DNA of 63,649 bases, filler included, from Octopus bimaculoides (lineage: Eukaryota), in the NCBI RefSeq assembly GCF_001194135.2. It is 4 parts of 4 records of this genome, joined end to end, with 100 filler letters (N's around TTAATTAATTAA, not from the genome) between each part and the next. Parts side by side here need not be neighbours in the genome. Positions count along the whole stretch, not along the records: positions 1 to 13,318 come from NC_068987.1; 3 more parts are not named here. One strand, 5' to 3'. The notes under the pieces were generated by a model that saw only the letters and a program-made list of their open reading frames with translations, did no database searches and had not been told where the DNA came from. The position numbers and the translations under genes were made by a program. Positions 1-11,036 of the stretch are shown piece after piece. The number at the start of each line of letters is the position of its first letter. Within the stretch, counting starts at the first letter, position 1.

Positions 1-698
1 ATATATATAAAAATACAGAGATACGCACATACAAAGAGATTATTTGTTGAATTACACTGCTAGTGTATGTAATAATAGAAAAAACATGAAGCATTATTGA
101 TTTCAGATGAATACCCAGTTGGATATGGTAAATACAAGAATATGTTATTTATATAAAACATATTTGTTTGAAATCAGGAAAAAAAAAAAGACCATACTCT
201 GAAACAATGGGCGGTAGCGCTATGTAGGGTGTGAAATGACATAGATGTCATTTACTGTGGCGTGGAGGCTGGGGGGCTCGGATGACACTTAAGGACACGT
301 TTAGTGAGACTTTAGGCGCCATCCATCGGGAGATCTTGTTTTAAATTAAGTGAGATCTCGTGTCTTCTTAATATAGAATTATGTGGGACGTTTGACGCCG
401 TCTACCGAGATAGTAGTTTGTAGATTAACAGGCAACTGGTGTCATCTTAAATTAGGGTAAAACATGATGTGTTGTATCCGCTTAGATAATCAAGGCACCA
501 TAAGAAGGGTACAAGTGCCGAGTGTAGGATATTTCATTACGCTGGAGATCATCATCGTTTTCTACTTAATCAAACAAAGATTATTTGAAGTTTAACCCCA
601 GAACTAAAAGAGCCGACGAAGCACTTCCACTGTGTTGTATTGGTGAAATGCATCGTCTCATGACACCTTTTTTTTTTAACCAGTTGGTCTTCCATATT

Positions 699-911
699 CT
701 TTTCTATTCTAGGCACAAAGCCTGAAATTTTTTGGGAGTGGGGCAGTCGATTAGATCGACCCCAGTACGTAACTGGTACTGAATTTATCGACACCGAAAG
801 GATGAAAGGCAAAGTTGACCTCGGCGGAATTTGAACTCAGAACGTAAAGATAGACGAAATACTGCTAAGCGTTTCGCCCGGCGTTGCTAACGTTTCTGCC
901 AGTTCGTCGCC
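699..911 (-). mobile_element. SINE family A (tRNA-derived head, CCTTTCATCCTTTCGGGGTCGATAAA core), full-length copy with target-site duplication
   Basis: Matches more than 15 other copies in the window. A 14-bp direct repeat tggtcttccatatt flanks it at 685-698 and 916-929. Confidence 0.9.
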
Positions 912-952
912 TTGCTGGTCTTCCATATTAAAAATGAAATGCCTCTGTTAGA

Positions 953-1470
953 GGCGCAGGATGGCGGCACATTGGCAGAATCGTTACAGCGTCAGATTTG
1001 CGGTATTTCCGCTCTTTAAGTCCTGCGTTCAAGTCACACTGAGGTCATCTTTGCCTTTTATATTTTTGGGTTTGATAAAATAAAGTTCCAGTCAGTGTGG
1101 TGGCTCAGTGGAATTGTTAAACCACAGGACAAAATACTTTGTTATAGTTACACTGGCTCTTTACGTTCTGAGTTCAAGCCCCGCCGAAGTCGGGTTTTAT
1201 ATATTGTCTTTTCTTCTTCCGGAAGTGATATAGTACCAGTCAAGGGAATGGTTTGGTGGAATTGTTAGCACATTGGACAAAATACTTTGCAGTATTTATA
1301 CTGACTCTTTACGTTCCGAGTTCAAATCTCGCCGAAGTCAATTATTTTTATTCATCCTTCTGGGGGTCGTTAAAATAAAGTTCTAGCCCAGGACAGAGAG
1401 GTGGCAGAATTGTTAGACCGTTGGCCAAAATACTTTACGATATTTGTTCCGGTTTTTTATGTCCAGAGTG
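953..1470 (+). mobile_element. Four old, diverged head-to-tail family A monomers (about 140-bp period)
   Basis: Recurrent ggcagaat(c/t)gtta...tacgttctgagttcaa...ataaagt(t/a)ccag blocks. Confidence 0.65.
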
Positions 1471-1698
1471 TCCAAGCAGGTGTGACGAATTTGCATGTAG
1501 CTTGTCGACAAGATGGCGTCTTGTAAAAAGAATTCAGGAAATAAAAGAGAAAAACCTGAAGCAAGGTAATGGAAAACTACCTGTGTACTCGACCACAAAA
1601 GTTCATTAACAAGTGCATATCACTTGTTAAGGAATTTACCGGGAATCGTCTACTGACTTGATGTAGAGAATAGGGACGGATAACATAGCTAACGATAC

Positions 1699-2013
1699 AG
1701 GTGCAGGAGTAGCTGTTTGGTAAGAAGCGTGCTTCCCAACCACATGGTTCCGGGTTCAGTCCCACTGCGTGGTACCTTGTGTAAATGTCTTCTACTATAG
1801 CTTCGGAACGACCAAAGCCTTGTGAGTGGATTTGGTAGACACAAACTGAAAGAATCCCGTCGTGTGTGTGTGTGTGTGTGTGTATTTGTGATCCGATAGA
1901 ATAAGTACCAGGCTTACAAAGAATTAGTCCTGGGGTCGATTTGTTCGACTAAAGGCGGTGCTCCAGCATGGCCGCAGTCAAATGACTGAAACAAAAAAAA
2001 AGGATAAAAGAAT
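1699..2013 (+). mobile_element. SINE family B (tRNA-derived, internal CA/TG microsatellite), internally deleted copy
   Basis: A-box/B-box-like head ggtgcaggagtagctgtttggtaag...ggttcagtccc. Tail ggcggtgctccagcatggccgcagtcaaatgactgaaac. Confidence 0.88.
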
Positions 2014-2046
2014 ATTGTAGAGAATCGAGGGACGTCTTTTGCCACT

Positions 2047-2260
2047 TGCATTTCATTTGCCTCAGTCATTGGACTGCGACCAGGCTGGAGCTCAACCGTG
2101 AAGGGTTTCTAGTCGAACAAATCGCCCCCTACCACCTGCTACTTATATTTAAAGTTTGGTACTTATTCTATCGATCTCTTTTGCCGTTAGCTAGGTTACG
2201 AGGGTGTAAACAAGTCAACTCCTGTTGTCAAGCGGTATAAGACACACACACGCACGCACG

Positions 2261-2307
<47 letters not shown>

Positions 2308-2860
2308 CAGAAACATATACTCGCGCACACACACAGAGAAAGAATAGGAACACATACGCACACATACACACACACACACACACATAAAGAACACAAACAT
2401 ACTCACGTACACATACACACATACACATACACACATGCAAAATACATAAACACATACATGCGCGCGCATACACACACACGCGCACAAAGAACACAAACAC
2501 ATTCTCTCTGTCTCCTAAACACACGCACACACATACATACACACGGAACAGAAACTTACGCACACATACACACACACAAAGAACCTAAAACACATACTCA
2601 CGCATACACATTCAAAGAACACAAACAGTCTCATACGCCACACGCACACACAAACATAAAGAACACAAACACATACTCACACACACACACACACATTTTC
2701 GACAGGCATCTAACGCTTGCGTTTACCAAATTCACCATACAAATTGGTCGGTTCTCTGCTATAGCAGAAAACGCTTGCCCAAGGTGACGCGAGGTGGGAT
2801 TGAACGAGGAAGTACGTGGTAGCAAAGCTAGGTTCTTAACCACAGAGCCATATCTGCACC
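2047..2860 (-). mobile_element. SINE family B with a ~460-bp expanded internal compound microsatellite (2240-2700)
   Basis: Head at 2700-2860 and tail at 2047-2240 in reverse orientation, with the AC-rich expansion between them. Confidence 0.8.
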
Positions 2861-2978
2861 CGTAAGACATTCCTATGCCTATATACTGTAGAATATCATG
2901 TCGGTGCCCAATCGACTGGATGGATTTTCTTCGAGTTGAAATGGCAGACGAAATAAAACAAGGGCAAGGAAAACTTAC

Positions 2979-3185
2979 CTTTTTGTCCTCCATCAAGTGA
3001 TACGTGTCAAGATCCTTCTTCATAAGGAAATGAAGAATGTCTGTGTGACTGGAAGCAGAGGCATAACAGATTGGTAATTTGCCGTCGTGACAGGTCACAT
3101 TCGTACTGGCACCGCTTTCTACCAATAGTTTGGCAACGTTCAGGTAACCATACTTACTGGCGTAGTGTAGTGCCGTACAGCCATT
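2979..3185 (-). CDS. TRPN1: TRPN1/NOMPC exon, last two ankyrin repeats + start of linker (NGCTALHYASKYGYLNVAKLLVESGAS...LHFLMKKDLDTYHLMEDKK)
   Basis: 207 nt, phase 0/0. Acceptor ctctgcag, donor AAG|gtaagt. DTYHLMEDKK matches NOMPC HDTYGLMEDKR, which distinguishes TRPN from generic ankyrin proteins. Confidence 0.93.
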
Positions 3186-3240
3186 CTGCAGAGAAGCACG
3201 GACAGAAAAGAAAAAACACATAATTTGATTATGAGATATT

Positions 3241-3577
3241 AGAAGAAGAAGAAGAAGAAGAAGAAGAAGAAGAAGAAGGAGGAGGAGGAGGAGGAGGAGG
3301 AGAAGAAGAAGAAGGAGGAGGAGAAGAAGAAGGAGGGGGAGGAGTAGAAGAAGAAGAAGAGGAGTAGAAGAAGGAGGAGGAGGAGGAGAAAAAGAAGAAG
3401 CAGGGGAGGAGGAGAAAAAGGAGAAGGAGAAGAAGAAGAAGAAGAAGAAGAAGGAGGAGGAGAAGAAGGAGGAGGAGAAGAAGGAAGAAGCAGGGGAGGA
3501 GGAGAAAAAGAAGGAGAAGAAGAAGTGGAGGAGAAGAATGAGGAGAAGGGGAGGAGGAGGAGAAGAAGGAGGAGGAG
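3241..3577 (+). repeat. (GAA/GGA)n polypurine tract; polypyrimidine on the TRPN1 sense strand
   Basis: About 337 nt, almost purely A/G. It is the source of the spurious poly-L/P/S/F part of ORF 2631-3593. Confidence 0.95.
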
Positions 3578-3594
3578 TGTGGTACTTATTCAAT

Positions 3595-3911
3595 TGGATG
3601 ATTTCGGCGAACTGCTAAGTTGGACGTAACAAAACAAACACCGGTTGTCAAGATAAACACAGATAAACACATACAGATAAACACATACAGATAAACACAT
3701 ACAGAAACATACGCTAACACACACACACACACACACACTCACAGACACATATATGCGAAAGGCTTCTACACAGTTTCGTCTACCAAATTCACTCACAACG
3801 CATTAATCTTCCCGAGAAGACAGTTGCCCAAGGTGCCGCCGTAAAGTGGGACTGATACCAAAACGATGTGGTTGCAAAGCAAGCGTCTTAACTATATGGC
3901 TATGCCTGCGC
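3595..3911 (-). mobile_element. SINE family B, diverged
   Basis: Reverse head (ccaaattcactcacaa...gtgggactga) and partial tail (caaacaccggttgtcaag). Confidence 0.75.
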
Positions 3912-3993
3912 TCGGTTGTGGAAAAGGTTCTGTTAAAAATTCTTGGAATTCAATCTCAACCACCAGACTTAAATGCAATTTTCGCTTCGTAAT

Positions 3994-4385
3994 AAACTCA
4001 GAACGTAAAGCCGGACGAAATGTCGCTAAGCATTTCGTCCGGCGTGCAAGAAATTGTGCCAGCTCCTCGCCTTTTATTACCAGAATATCTTTTTCTACTC
4101 TAGGTACAAGGCCCGAAATTCTGGGGGAGGGGCCAGTCGATTAGATCGACTCCAGTACGCAACTGGTGCCTAATTTATCGACCGCGACCTCAGCGGAATT
4201 TGAACTCAGAACGTAAAGACAGACGAAATACAGCTAAGCATTTCGCCCGGCGTGCTAACGTTTCTTATTTCTTTATTGCCCACAAGGGGCTAAACATAGA
4301 GGGGACAAACAAGGACAGACAAAGGGGTCAAGTCGATTACATCGACCCCCCCAGTGCGCGCTAATGTTTCTGCCAGCTCGCCGCC
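3994..4385 (-). mobile_element. SINE family A cluster: dimer 4086-4385 plus partial head 3994-4071
   Basis: Long-tail monomer (internally deleted) joined to a short-tail monomer through aataaagaaataa|gaaacgttagcacgcc. Confidence 0.88.
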
Positions 4386-4661
4386 TTCTGCTGCAAGAAT
4401 ATCCAGAAAGGAAACACAACCCGTCTCAGTCGTTCAAAAGCAGGAGCAGCAATAAACGTTTAAGTGTTTTCTCGATTAAAAGATGGAGAAGGACAGACAT
4501 GGATGATTGGCGAGTATTCTTGCTGCCTTTATTGTAAATAGATTCATCAGTGCGTATGTGCGTGTGTGTGTATGTGTGAGTGTGTGTGTGTATGTGTACT
4601 TGTATCGATGGAATGTGGATTTATATATATATATATGTATACAGATATGCATGTGTGTGTA

Positions 4662-4709
<48 letters not shown>

Positions 4710-6243
4710 GATAGATAGATATACACACACATATATACACGCGCATATACATAAACACACATACATTCGTACACGCTCATACAACACACATACTTATAGA
4801 GGATACAACACATTCATCGAAAAGGTTCTACTCGACATGAATCAGAAACGTCAAAAGTCATATTCGTAGAGAAACATAGAAACACATCGAAACTTAATTG
4901 GCGTCTAATGTTTTTTTAAACTTATTGTAATTTTGAAGTAACAACAAAATATTCTTAAATGAAATATATATCTAATTCATTCCTGGTTATCTATCATTTT
5001 ATGAGAAAATTGCGTGTACCGGTATATCTTTTCTAAAGAACCCTAACGATTACGCGGCATGAAAGCTTATATTTTATGGTTATCACAAATGACTTCGTTA
5101 ACCTAATGTCAAGCTGCACCGATTATATATAATCTATAAATTCTCATTTCTTAATTTTATGGCTTCGAAACATTATGGCAGTTGATCTTAGAATCAGTAA
5201 ACTATAGCATTATTATTTGATATTGTTTATCTAAGTCTTTGAAAAAATATTAAAAATTCGGTGAATAATCTGCCTTTTCATTGACATTTACACGATCAAT
5301 GCGTTTTCGACCACTGGTTATATATATATATATNNNNNNNNNNNNNNNNNNNNNNNNNNNNNNNNNNNNNNNNNNNNNNNNNNNNNNNNNNNNNNNNNNN
5401 NNNNNNNNNNNNNNNNNNNNNNNNNNNNNNNNNNNNNNNNNNNNNNNNNNNNNNNNNNNNNNNNNNNNNNNNNNNNNNNNNNNNNNNNNNNNNNNNNNNN
5501 NNNNNNNNNNNNNNNNNNNNNNNNNNNNNNNNNNNNNNNNNNNNNNNNNNNNNNNNNNNNNNNNNNNNNNNNNNNNNNNNNNNNNNNNNNNNNNNNNNNN
5601 NNNNNNNNNNNNNNNNNNNNNNNNNNNNNNNNNNNNNNNNNNNNNNNNNNNNNNNNNNNNNNNNNNNNNNNNNNNNNNNNNNNNNNNNNNNNNNNNNNNN
5701 NNNNNNNNNNNNNNNNNNNNNNNNNNNNNNNNNNNNNNNNNNNNNNNNNNNNNNNNNNNNNNNNNNNNNNNNNNNNNNNNNNNNNNNNNNNNNNNNNNNN
5801 NNNNNNNNNNNNNNNNNNNNNNNNNNNNNNNNNNNNNNNNNNNNNNNNNNNNNNNNNNNNNNNNNNNNNNNNNNNNNNNNNNNNNNNNNNNNNNNNNNNN
5901 NNNNNNNNNNNNNNNNNNNNNNNNNNNNNNNNNNNNNNNNNNNNNNNNNNNNNNNNNNNNNNNNNNNNNNNNNNNNNNNNNNNNNNNNNNNNNNNNNNNN
6001 NNNNNNNNNNNNNNNNNNNNNNNNNNNNNNNNNNNNNNNNNNNNNNNNNNNNNNNNNNNNNNNNNNNNNNNNNNNNNNNNNNNNNNATATACATATGTCC
6101 ATATATAGTACAAAGTGAGAGATATAAATACATACATATATACATATATAATAGAAAGAGTGAGAGATAAATACATACATATGTACATATACAATAGAAG
6201 AGAGAGAGAGAGAGAGAGAGTGAAAGTGGAGAAAGTAAGAGTT

Positions 6244-6437
6244 AATTTTGGTTTTAAATTTTGGCACAACGCCAGCAATCTCGGGGGGGGGGAGTTAAGT
6301 CGATTACATCGGGTCCAGTATTCAACTGGTACTTATTTTATCGATCCCGAAAGGATGAAAAGCGAAGTCAACCTTGGCGGAATTTGAACTCTGAACATAA
6401 AGACGGACGAAATGCCTGGCATGCTAACGATTCTGTT
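6244..6437 (-). mobile_element. SINE family A
   Basis: gtcgattacatcg...aaaggatgaaaagcgaagtcaacc...ggaatttgaactc. Confidence 0.8.
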
Positions 6438-6528
6438 CTGAGGGATTTGATATTTGAATGCAATCGTGCACTGCTAACGATTCTGTTCTGAGGGATTTGA
6501 TATTTGAATGTAATCGTGCACTGCTAAC
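6422..6528. repeat. 50-bp tandem duplication (2.1 copies)
   Basis: tgctaacgattctgttctgagggatttgatatttgaatg(c/t)aatcgtgcac repeated with one mismatch. Confidence 0.92.
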
Positions 6529-6738
6529 AATTATCCAAAAACAGTATCGTTATGTACCTAACTTTTCCCGTGACTCGCAGTTTTTCTCTAACATACGCTA
6601 TGGTACCTTATTTACATTATTTCATCTTGTTACCACAACGTTTCGGTTGATTTACTCTCCAGTTTTCATCAAGTGTCCTGGTTCTAAAGTATTTTTTGCT
6701 GAAGTTATTATTTATTCAACATATTTCAAAAATATATA

Positions 6739-7095
6739 GGCGCAGGGGTGGCTATGTGGTAAGTAGCTTGCTTACCAACCACATGGTTCCGGGTTCGGTC
6801 CCACTGCGTGGCACCTTGGGTAACTGTCTTCTACTATAGCCTCGGGCCGACCAAAGACTTGTGAGTGGAAGAAAGAAGCCCGCCGTATATATGTGTGTGT
6901 ATGTATGTTTGTCCCCCCCCCCACTATCGCTTGACAACCGATGCTGGTGTGTTTACGTCCCCGTAACTTAGTGGTTCGGCAAAAAGTGACCGATAGAATA
7001 AGTAGTAGGCTTACAAAGAATAACTCCTGGGGTCGATTTGCTCGACTAAAGGCGGTGTTCTAGCATGGCCGCAGTCAAATGATTGAAAAAGGTAA
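6739..7095 (+). mobile_element. SINE family B, near full length
   Basis: Complete head and tail; CpGs largely intact. Confidence 0.92.
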
Positions 7096-7670
7096 ATATT
7101 TAATTCATGCCTGGAATTGATCCCACGATCTTGGAATTAGTTGCTCGCGCTCTTAACCATTACTCCATATGCCCGTAGGCAATTATAGAGTGAATTTTAG
7201 GGCTTATAATTCTAATATTTTTTGTATCCTTCCTTAATACCGGTTCCCATATTCTACACATATCTTCACTAGGTCTGCTTAGGTGGTTATTGTGTCCTAG
7301 CATATGTGCTGCCTCTTTTAGTAAATAGAAAAGATGTCCACGTACTAAATATTTAGTTATTTCCCCATCCAATATATATTTATGTTGAAGAGAACTGGGC
7401 CACATACCAATTATTCTAATTATCTAACTAAAAACAAAAGAAAAAAAAACAAAACAAATCTCGAAAAGGAAAAAAATAAATTATTGATAAAAATCAATAG
7501 TTGCTAAATTTAGTAGTCTGAGATAAAAGAGTGGAGACTGAAGCATATAATCAATAAAGCAAACAAACATGATAAAAAGAGTGGCACCTAATGTTTTGGT
7601 GGTTGGATATGTTGTTAGGGAAAGGGTGAAAGTAATGGTAGAAGCGAAGAAGAATAGTGAAGATGTGAAG

Positions 7671-7845
7671 GGAGAGGTCCAGTCGATTAGATCGACCCAG
7701 TACGCGACTGGTACTTAATTTATCGACCTCGAAAGGATGAAAGGCAAACTCGACCTCGGCGGAATTTGAACTCAGAACGTAACGGCAGACGAAATACCGC
7801 GAAGCATTTCGCCCGGCGTGCTAACGGTTCTGCCAACTCGCCGCC
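7671..7845 (-). mobile_element. SINE family A, starting about 22 nt downstream of the TRPN1 donor at 7867
   Basis: Near-consensus copy ending ctgccaactcgccgcc on the + strand. Confidence 0.92.
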
Positions 7846-7867
7846 TGAGTGTGTGAAGTTATGTTAC

Positions 7868-7982
7868 CTCTTCAACGGCATTGATGTCTGCTCCTTGACC
7901 CAGTAACAGACGGACCATGTTTATATGGCCATTACCAGCGGCTAGGTGTAATGCCGTCCTCTTGTGTTTGTCCACACAGTGT
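7868..7982 (-). CDS. TRPN1: TRPN1/NOMPC exon, 5' part lost in gap 7983-8618, approx. ankyrin repeat 27 (HCVDKHKRTALHLAAGNGHINMVRLLLGQGADINAVEE)
   Basis: Donor GAG|gtaaca, phase 0. LLGQGA(D/E)IN is shared with TRPN1 orthologs. The repeat expected between this and the previous exon (about 28 aa) is missing and fits inside the 636-nt gap. Confidence 0.9.
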
Positions 7983-8618
7983 NNNNNNNNNNNNNNNNNN
8001 NNNNNNNNNNNNNNNNNNNNNNNNNNNNNNNNNNNNNNNNNNNNNNNNNNNNNNNNNNNNNNNNNNNNNNNNNNNNNNNNNNNNNNNNNNNNNNNNNNNN
8101 NNNNNNNNNNNNNNNNNNNNNNNNNNNNNNNNNNNNNNNNNNNNNNNNNNNNNNNNNNNNNNNNNNNNNNNNNNNNNNNNNNNNNNNNNNNNNNNNNNNN
8201 NNNNNNNNNNNNNNNNNNNNNNNNNNNNNNNNNNNNNNNNNNNNNNNNNNNNNNNNNNNNNNNNNNNNNNNNNNNNNNNNNNNNNNNNNNNNNNNNNNNN
8301 NNNNNNNNNNNNNNNNNNNNNNNNNNNNNNNNNNNNNNNNNNNNNNNNNNNNNNNNNNNNNNNNNNNNNNNNNNNNNNNNNNNNNNNNNNNNNNNNNNNN
8401 NNNNNNNNNNNNNNNNNNNNNNNNNNNNNNNNNNNNNNNNNNNNNNNNNNNNNNNNNNNNNNNNNNNNNNNNNNNNNNNNNNNNNNNNNNNNNNNNNNNN
8501 NNNNNNNNNNNNNNNNNNNNNNNNNNNNNNNNNNNNNNNNNNNNNNNNNNNNNNNNNNNNNNNNNNNNNNNNNNNNNNNNNNNNNNNNNNNNNNNNNNNN
8601 NNNNNNNNNNNNNNNNNA

Positions 8619-8706
8619 AACACTCACAACGCCCGGTCTGGGAATCGAAACCGCGATCCTACTACCGCGAGTCCGCTTCCCTAACCACTGGGCCATTGCG
8701 CATCCA
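8619..8706 (-). mobile_element. SINE family C tRNA-like head, truncated by gap
   Basis: Reverse complement of gcgcaatggcccagtggttaggg...ggtttcgattcccagaccgggcg, near-identical to 31451 and 63350. Confidence 0.88.
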
Positions 8707-8737
8707 CCACATCAGACGTACTTGAACTGATCTACAC

Positions 8738-8780
<43 letters not shown>

Positions 8781-8997
8781 TCAGAGAGCCTTTGAGACCT
8801 CTACCTAGCATCATATGAAATAGCATGTCAGTTGGAGCAGCATCTCGGCGGCATCAAAATGCATAAATGCAGACTGTTACAGGCAACCCTATACTTCATT
8901 ATAGTATAGCTTATTACGGTTGAAATCGCGAACCGGAGATTGCTTTCCAACCCATCCCTATACAATATTTTCTTCAATGGTGATGTAGAATACTTAC

Positions 8998-9105
8998 ATT
9001 AATTGCTGTATAAGCATCGAAGTACACCCCAGCGGAGTTGAGCAGGATTCGAACCAGCCCTTCATGACCTGATTGTGCAGCCATGTGTAAAGGAGTCAAG
9101 CCATA
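8998..9105 (-). CDS. TRPN1: TRPN1/NOMPC internal exon, approx. ankyrin repeat 25 (YGLTPLHMAAQSGHEGLVRILLNSAGVYFDAYTAIN)
   Basis: 108 nt, phase 0/0. Acceptor tttttttctacag, donor AAT|gtaagt. Matches NOMPC GMTPLHLAAFSGNENVVRLLLNSAGVQVDAAT. Not in the ORF track. Confidence 0.92.
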
Positions 9106-9540
9106 CTGTAGAAAAAAACAAGACAAAACAAGCCAGGTTTGATTAAACAAAGGTAAGGTTGTTGTAGGTAGAGTCTATTTTTGGGAGAGGTGCGGGGAAG
9201 GTAGGGTTTGCTATTGCTGTTGTCATTGTCATTGTAGCTGTCATCGTTGTCGTCGTCGTCTACACCCAGCTAATCTTGAGCCAGAAGATCTAAGAGAGTT
9301 GGGCTGCTGCTGCTGCTGCTGGTGTTGTTGTTGTTGTTGTTGTTTACTAGTCAGCCGATTCAGTAGTCAGGGCCTCACATAAGTGTTGCGGGCTGGTGTG
9401 CTGTAAATCAGTCGAGAATGCGGCCCTGAAATGGTGCGCATTTCCTTCTGATGACCCCACCAGAATCTGCTGGCGTCCAGTATACAAAACTCTCGATTGG
9501 CAGAACTTGCACAAACAAGCTATTCGCAAGTCACCGTGAT

Positions 9541-9623
9541 CCGGCAGCTCAGCCATGATCCGGCAGCTCAGCCATGATCCGGCAGTTCAGCCATGATCCG
9601 GCAGCTCAGCCATGATCCGGTAG
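9541..9623. repeat. 19-bp GC-rich minisatellite (ccggcagctcagccatgat) x4.3
   Basis: Four near-perfect units, one C>T variant. Confidence 0.95.
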
Positions 9624-9794
9624 ATCTGCGAAAACTGAAGTTTGCTGTCGCTATTGTTGTGTAACTCCCATTTCAAAACTAATCAACCAGGTCTAATAAA
9701 AGATAGGGCAAACGTAAGAAGGGGTAGTTAATTAGATGTAATAATGATATAGTGGTTAGTCTTTAGTTATTGATGGCGAACTAAAGGTTGTTCT

Positions 9795-10170
9795 AATAAT
9801 CCTTTCTATTGCGAGGAGGCGGTAAGTCGATGACATCATCGAAAGGATGAAAAGCAAAGTCAACTTCGGCGGAATTTGAACACAGAACGCAGCGGCAGAC
9901 GAAATACTGCTAAGCATTTCGCCCGGCGTTCTAACGTTTCTTATTTCTTTATTGCCCACAAGGAGCTAAACATTGAGGGGACAAACAAGGACAGACAAAG
10001 GTATTCTGTCGATTACATCGACCCCAGTGCGTAACTGGTACTTATTTAATCGACCCCGAAAGGATGAAAAACAAAGACGACCTCGGCGGAATTTGAAATC
10101 AACGTAGCGGCAGACGAAATACCGCGAAGCATTTCGCCCGGCGTGCTAACGTTTCCGCCAGCTCGCCGCC
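9795..10170 (-). mobile_element. SINE family A dimer
   Basis: Head at 10170, long tail, fixed junction near 9930-9950, then a second monomer. Confidence 0.88.
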
Positions 10171-10804
10171 GTAGAAGTTGTAATAATATGTTAAGAAGAA
10201 AGATGTATGTTGAATGTGATTCAAGCAAGATTTTTAATAACAGATTCTTGTATAAGTCGTCTACATCAAAAAGTGTAGTGGGTAATATTTAGCGGAATTC
10301 TAAATTTCACAATATTAAGACGAGTACTTCATGAGAGAACTTCGATTCAACAATGCAAACTAATGAAACATTTGTCTATTTCATGACGTTGCAATTTACT
10401 GTCAGACGAACAGGTGTCAATAACAATTACATGTCTTTGCCACGAACACAGTACAGAGCCAAAAATATGACAAGAATCCAATTTTTCAACCAACACTACG
10501 ATCTCCAAGCAATTTGAGCACTTGTCACTATGGTCTAAAATCTTGAATCTGGTAACGGTCCGAGTCGGATTAATTAATCCATAGGTGGGTGCGATTATTA
10601 AAAAGTGATATAAGTTCACTTGCTGTGAGAAATAGTGTTCAACGTTTCGTACATCGCTTTTTATCAGAGAAGAAAAGAATAGAAACTAGTGTTGTTGCTT
10701 GAGCTGTGTCAAGTTGATCAACTATGAAATCCAATTAGAAAATGGTCCTGAGTTTTTGTAAAAATCTCTCAAGCGCTCATTTTGATTAACAGAAAGCAAA
10801 AGTA

Positions 10805-11036
10805 GGCGGCGAGCTGGCAGAAACGTTAGCGCGCCGGGCGAAATGGTTAGCGGTATTTCGTCTGCCGCTACGTTCTGAGTTCAAATTCCACCGAGGTCGA
10901 CTTTGCGTTTCATTCTTTCGGGGTCGATGAATAAAGTACCCGTTACGCACTGGAGTCGATGTAATCGACTTAACCCCTTTGTCTGTCCTTGTTTGTCCCC
11001 TATATGTTTAGCCCCTTGTGAGCAATAAAGAAATAG
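10805..11036 (+). mobile_element. SINE family A, long-tail variant
   Basis: ggcggcgagctggcagaaacgttagc...ccccttgtgagcaataaagaaata; inverted relative to the copies at 7671 and 9795. Confidence 0.92.

Noticed and set aside
2631-3593. 320-aa ORF as a full protein
   Set aside because: The N-terminal two thirds are the translated GAA/GGA tract; only 2979-3185 is a bounded exon.
5250-6278. Long ORFs full of X here and at other gaps
   Set aside because: Artefacts of translating N gaps and flanking TA/CA microsatellites.
9347-9556. ORF ending LTTESAD as an extra TRPN1 exon
   Set aside because: It ends in a stop with no compatible donor; the flanking exons already join in frame (DIE-YGLTPLH).
10641-10667. 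Further hammerhead-like relics (CTGATAA...GAAACGTT here; GAAACCGGTA at 14903)
   Set aside because: Cores are mutated, stem II is unpaired and no recognisable Penelope ORF is adjacent.
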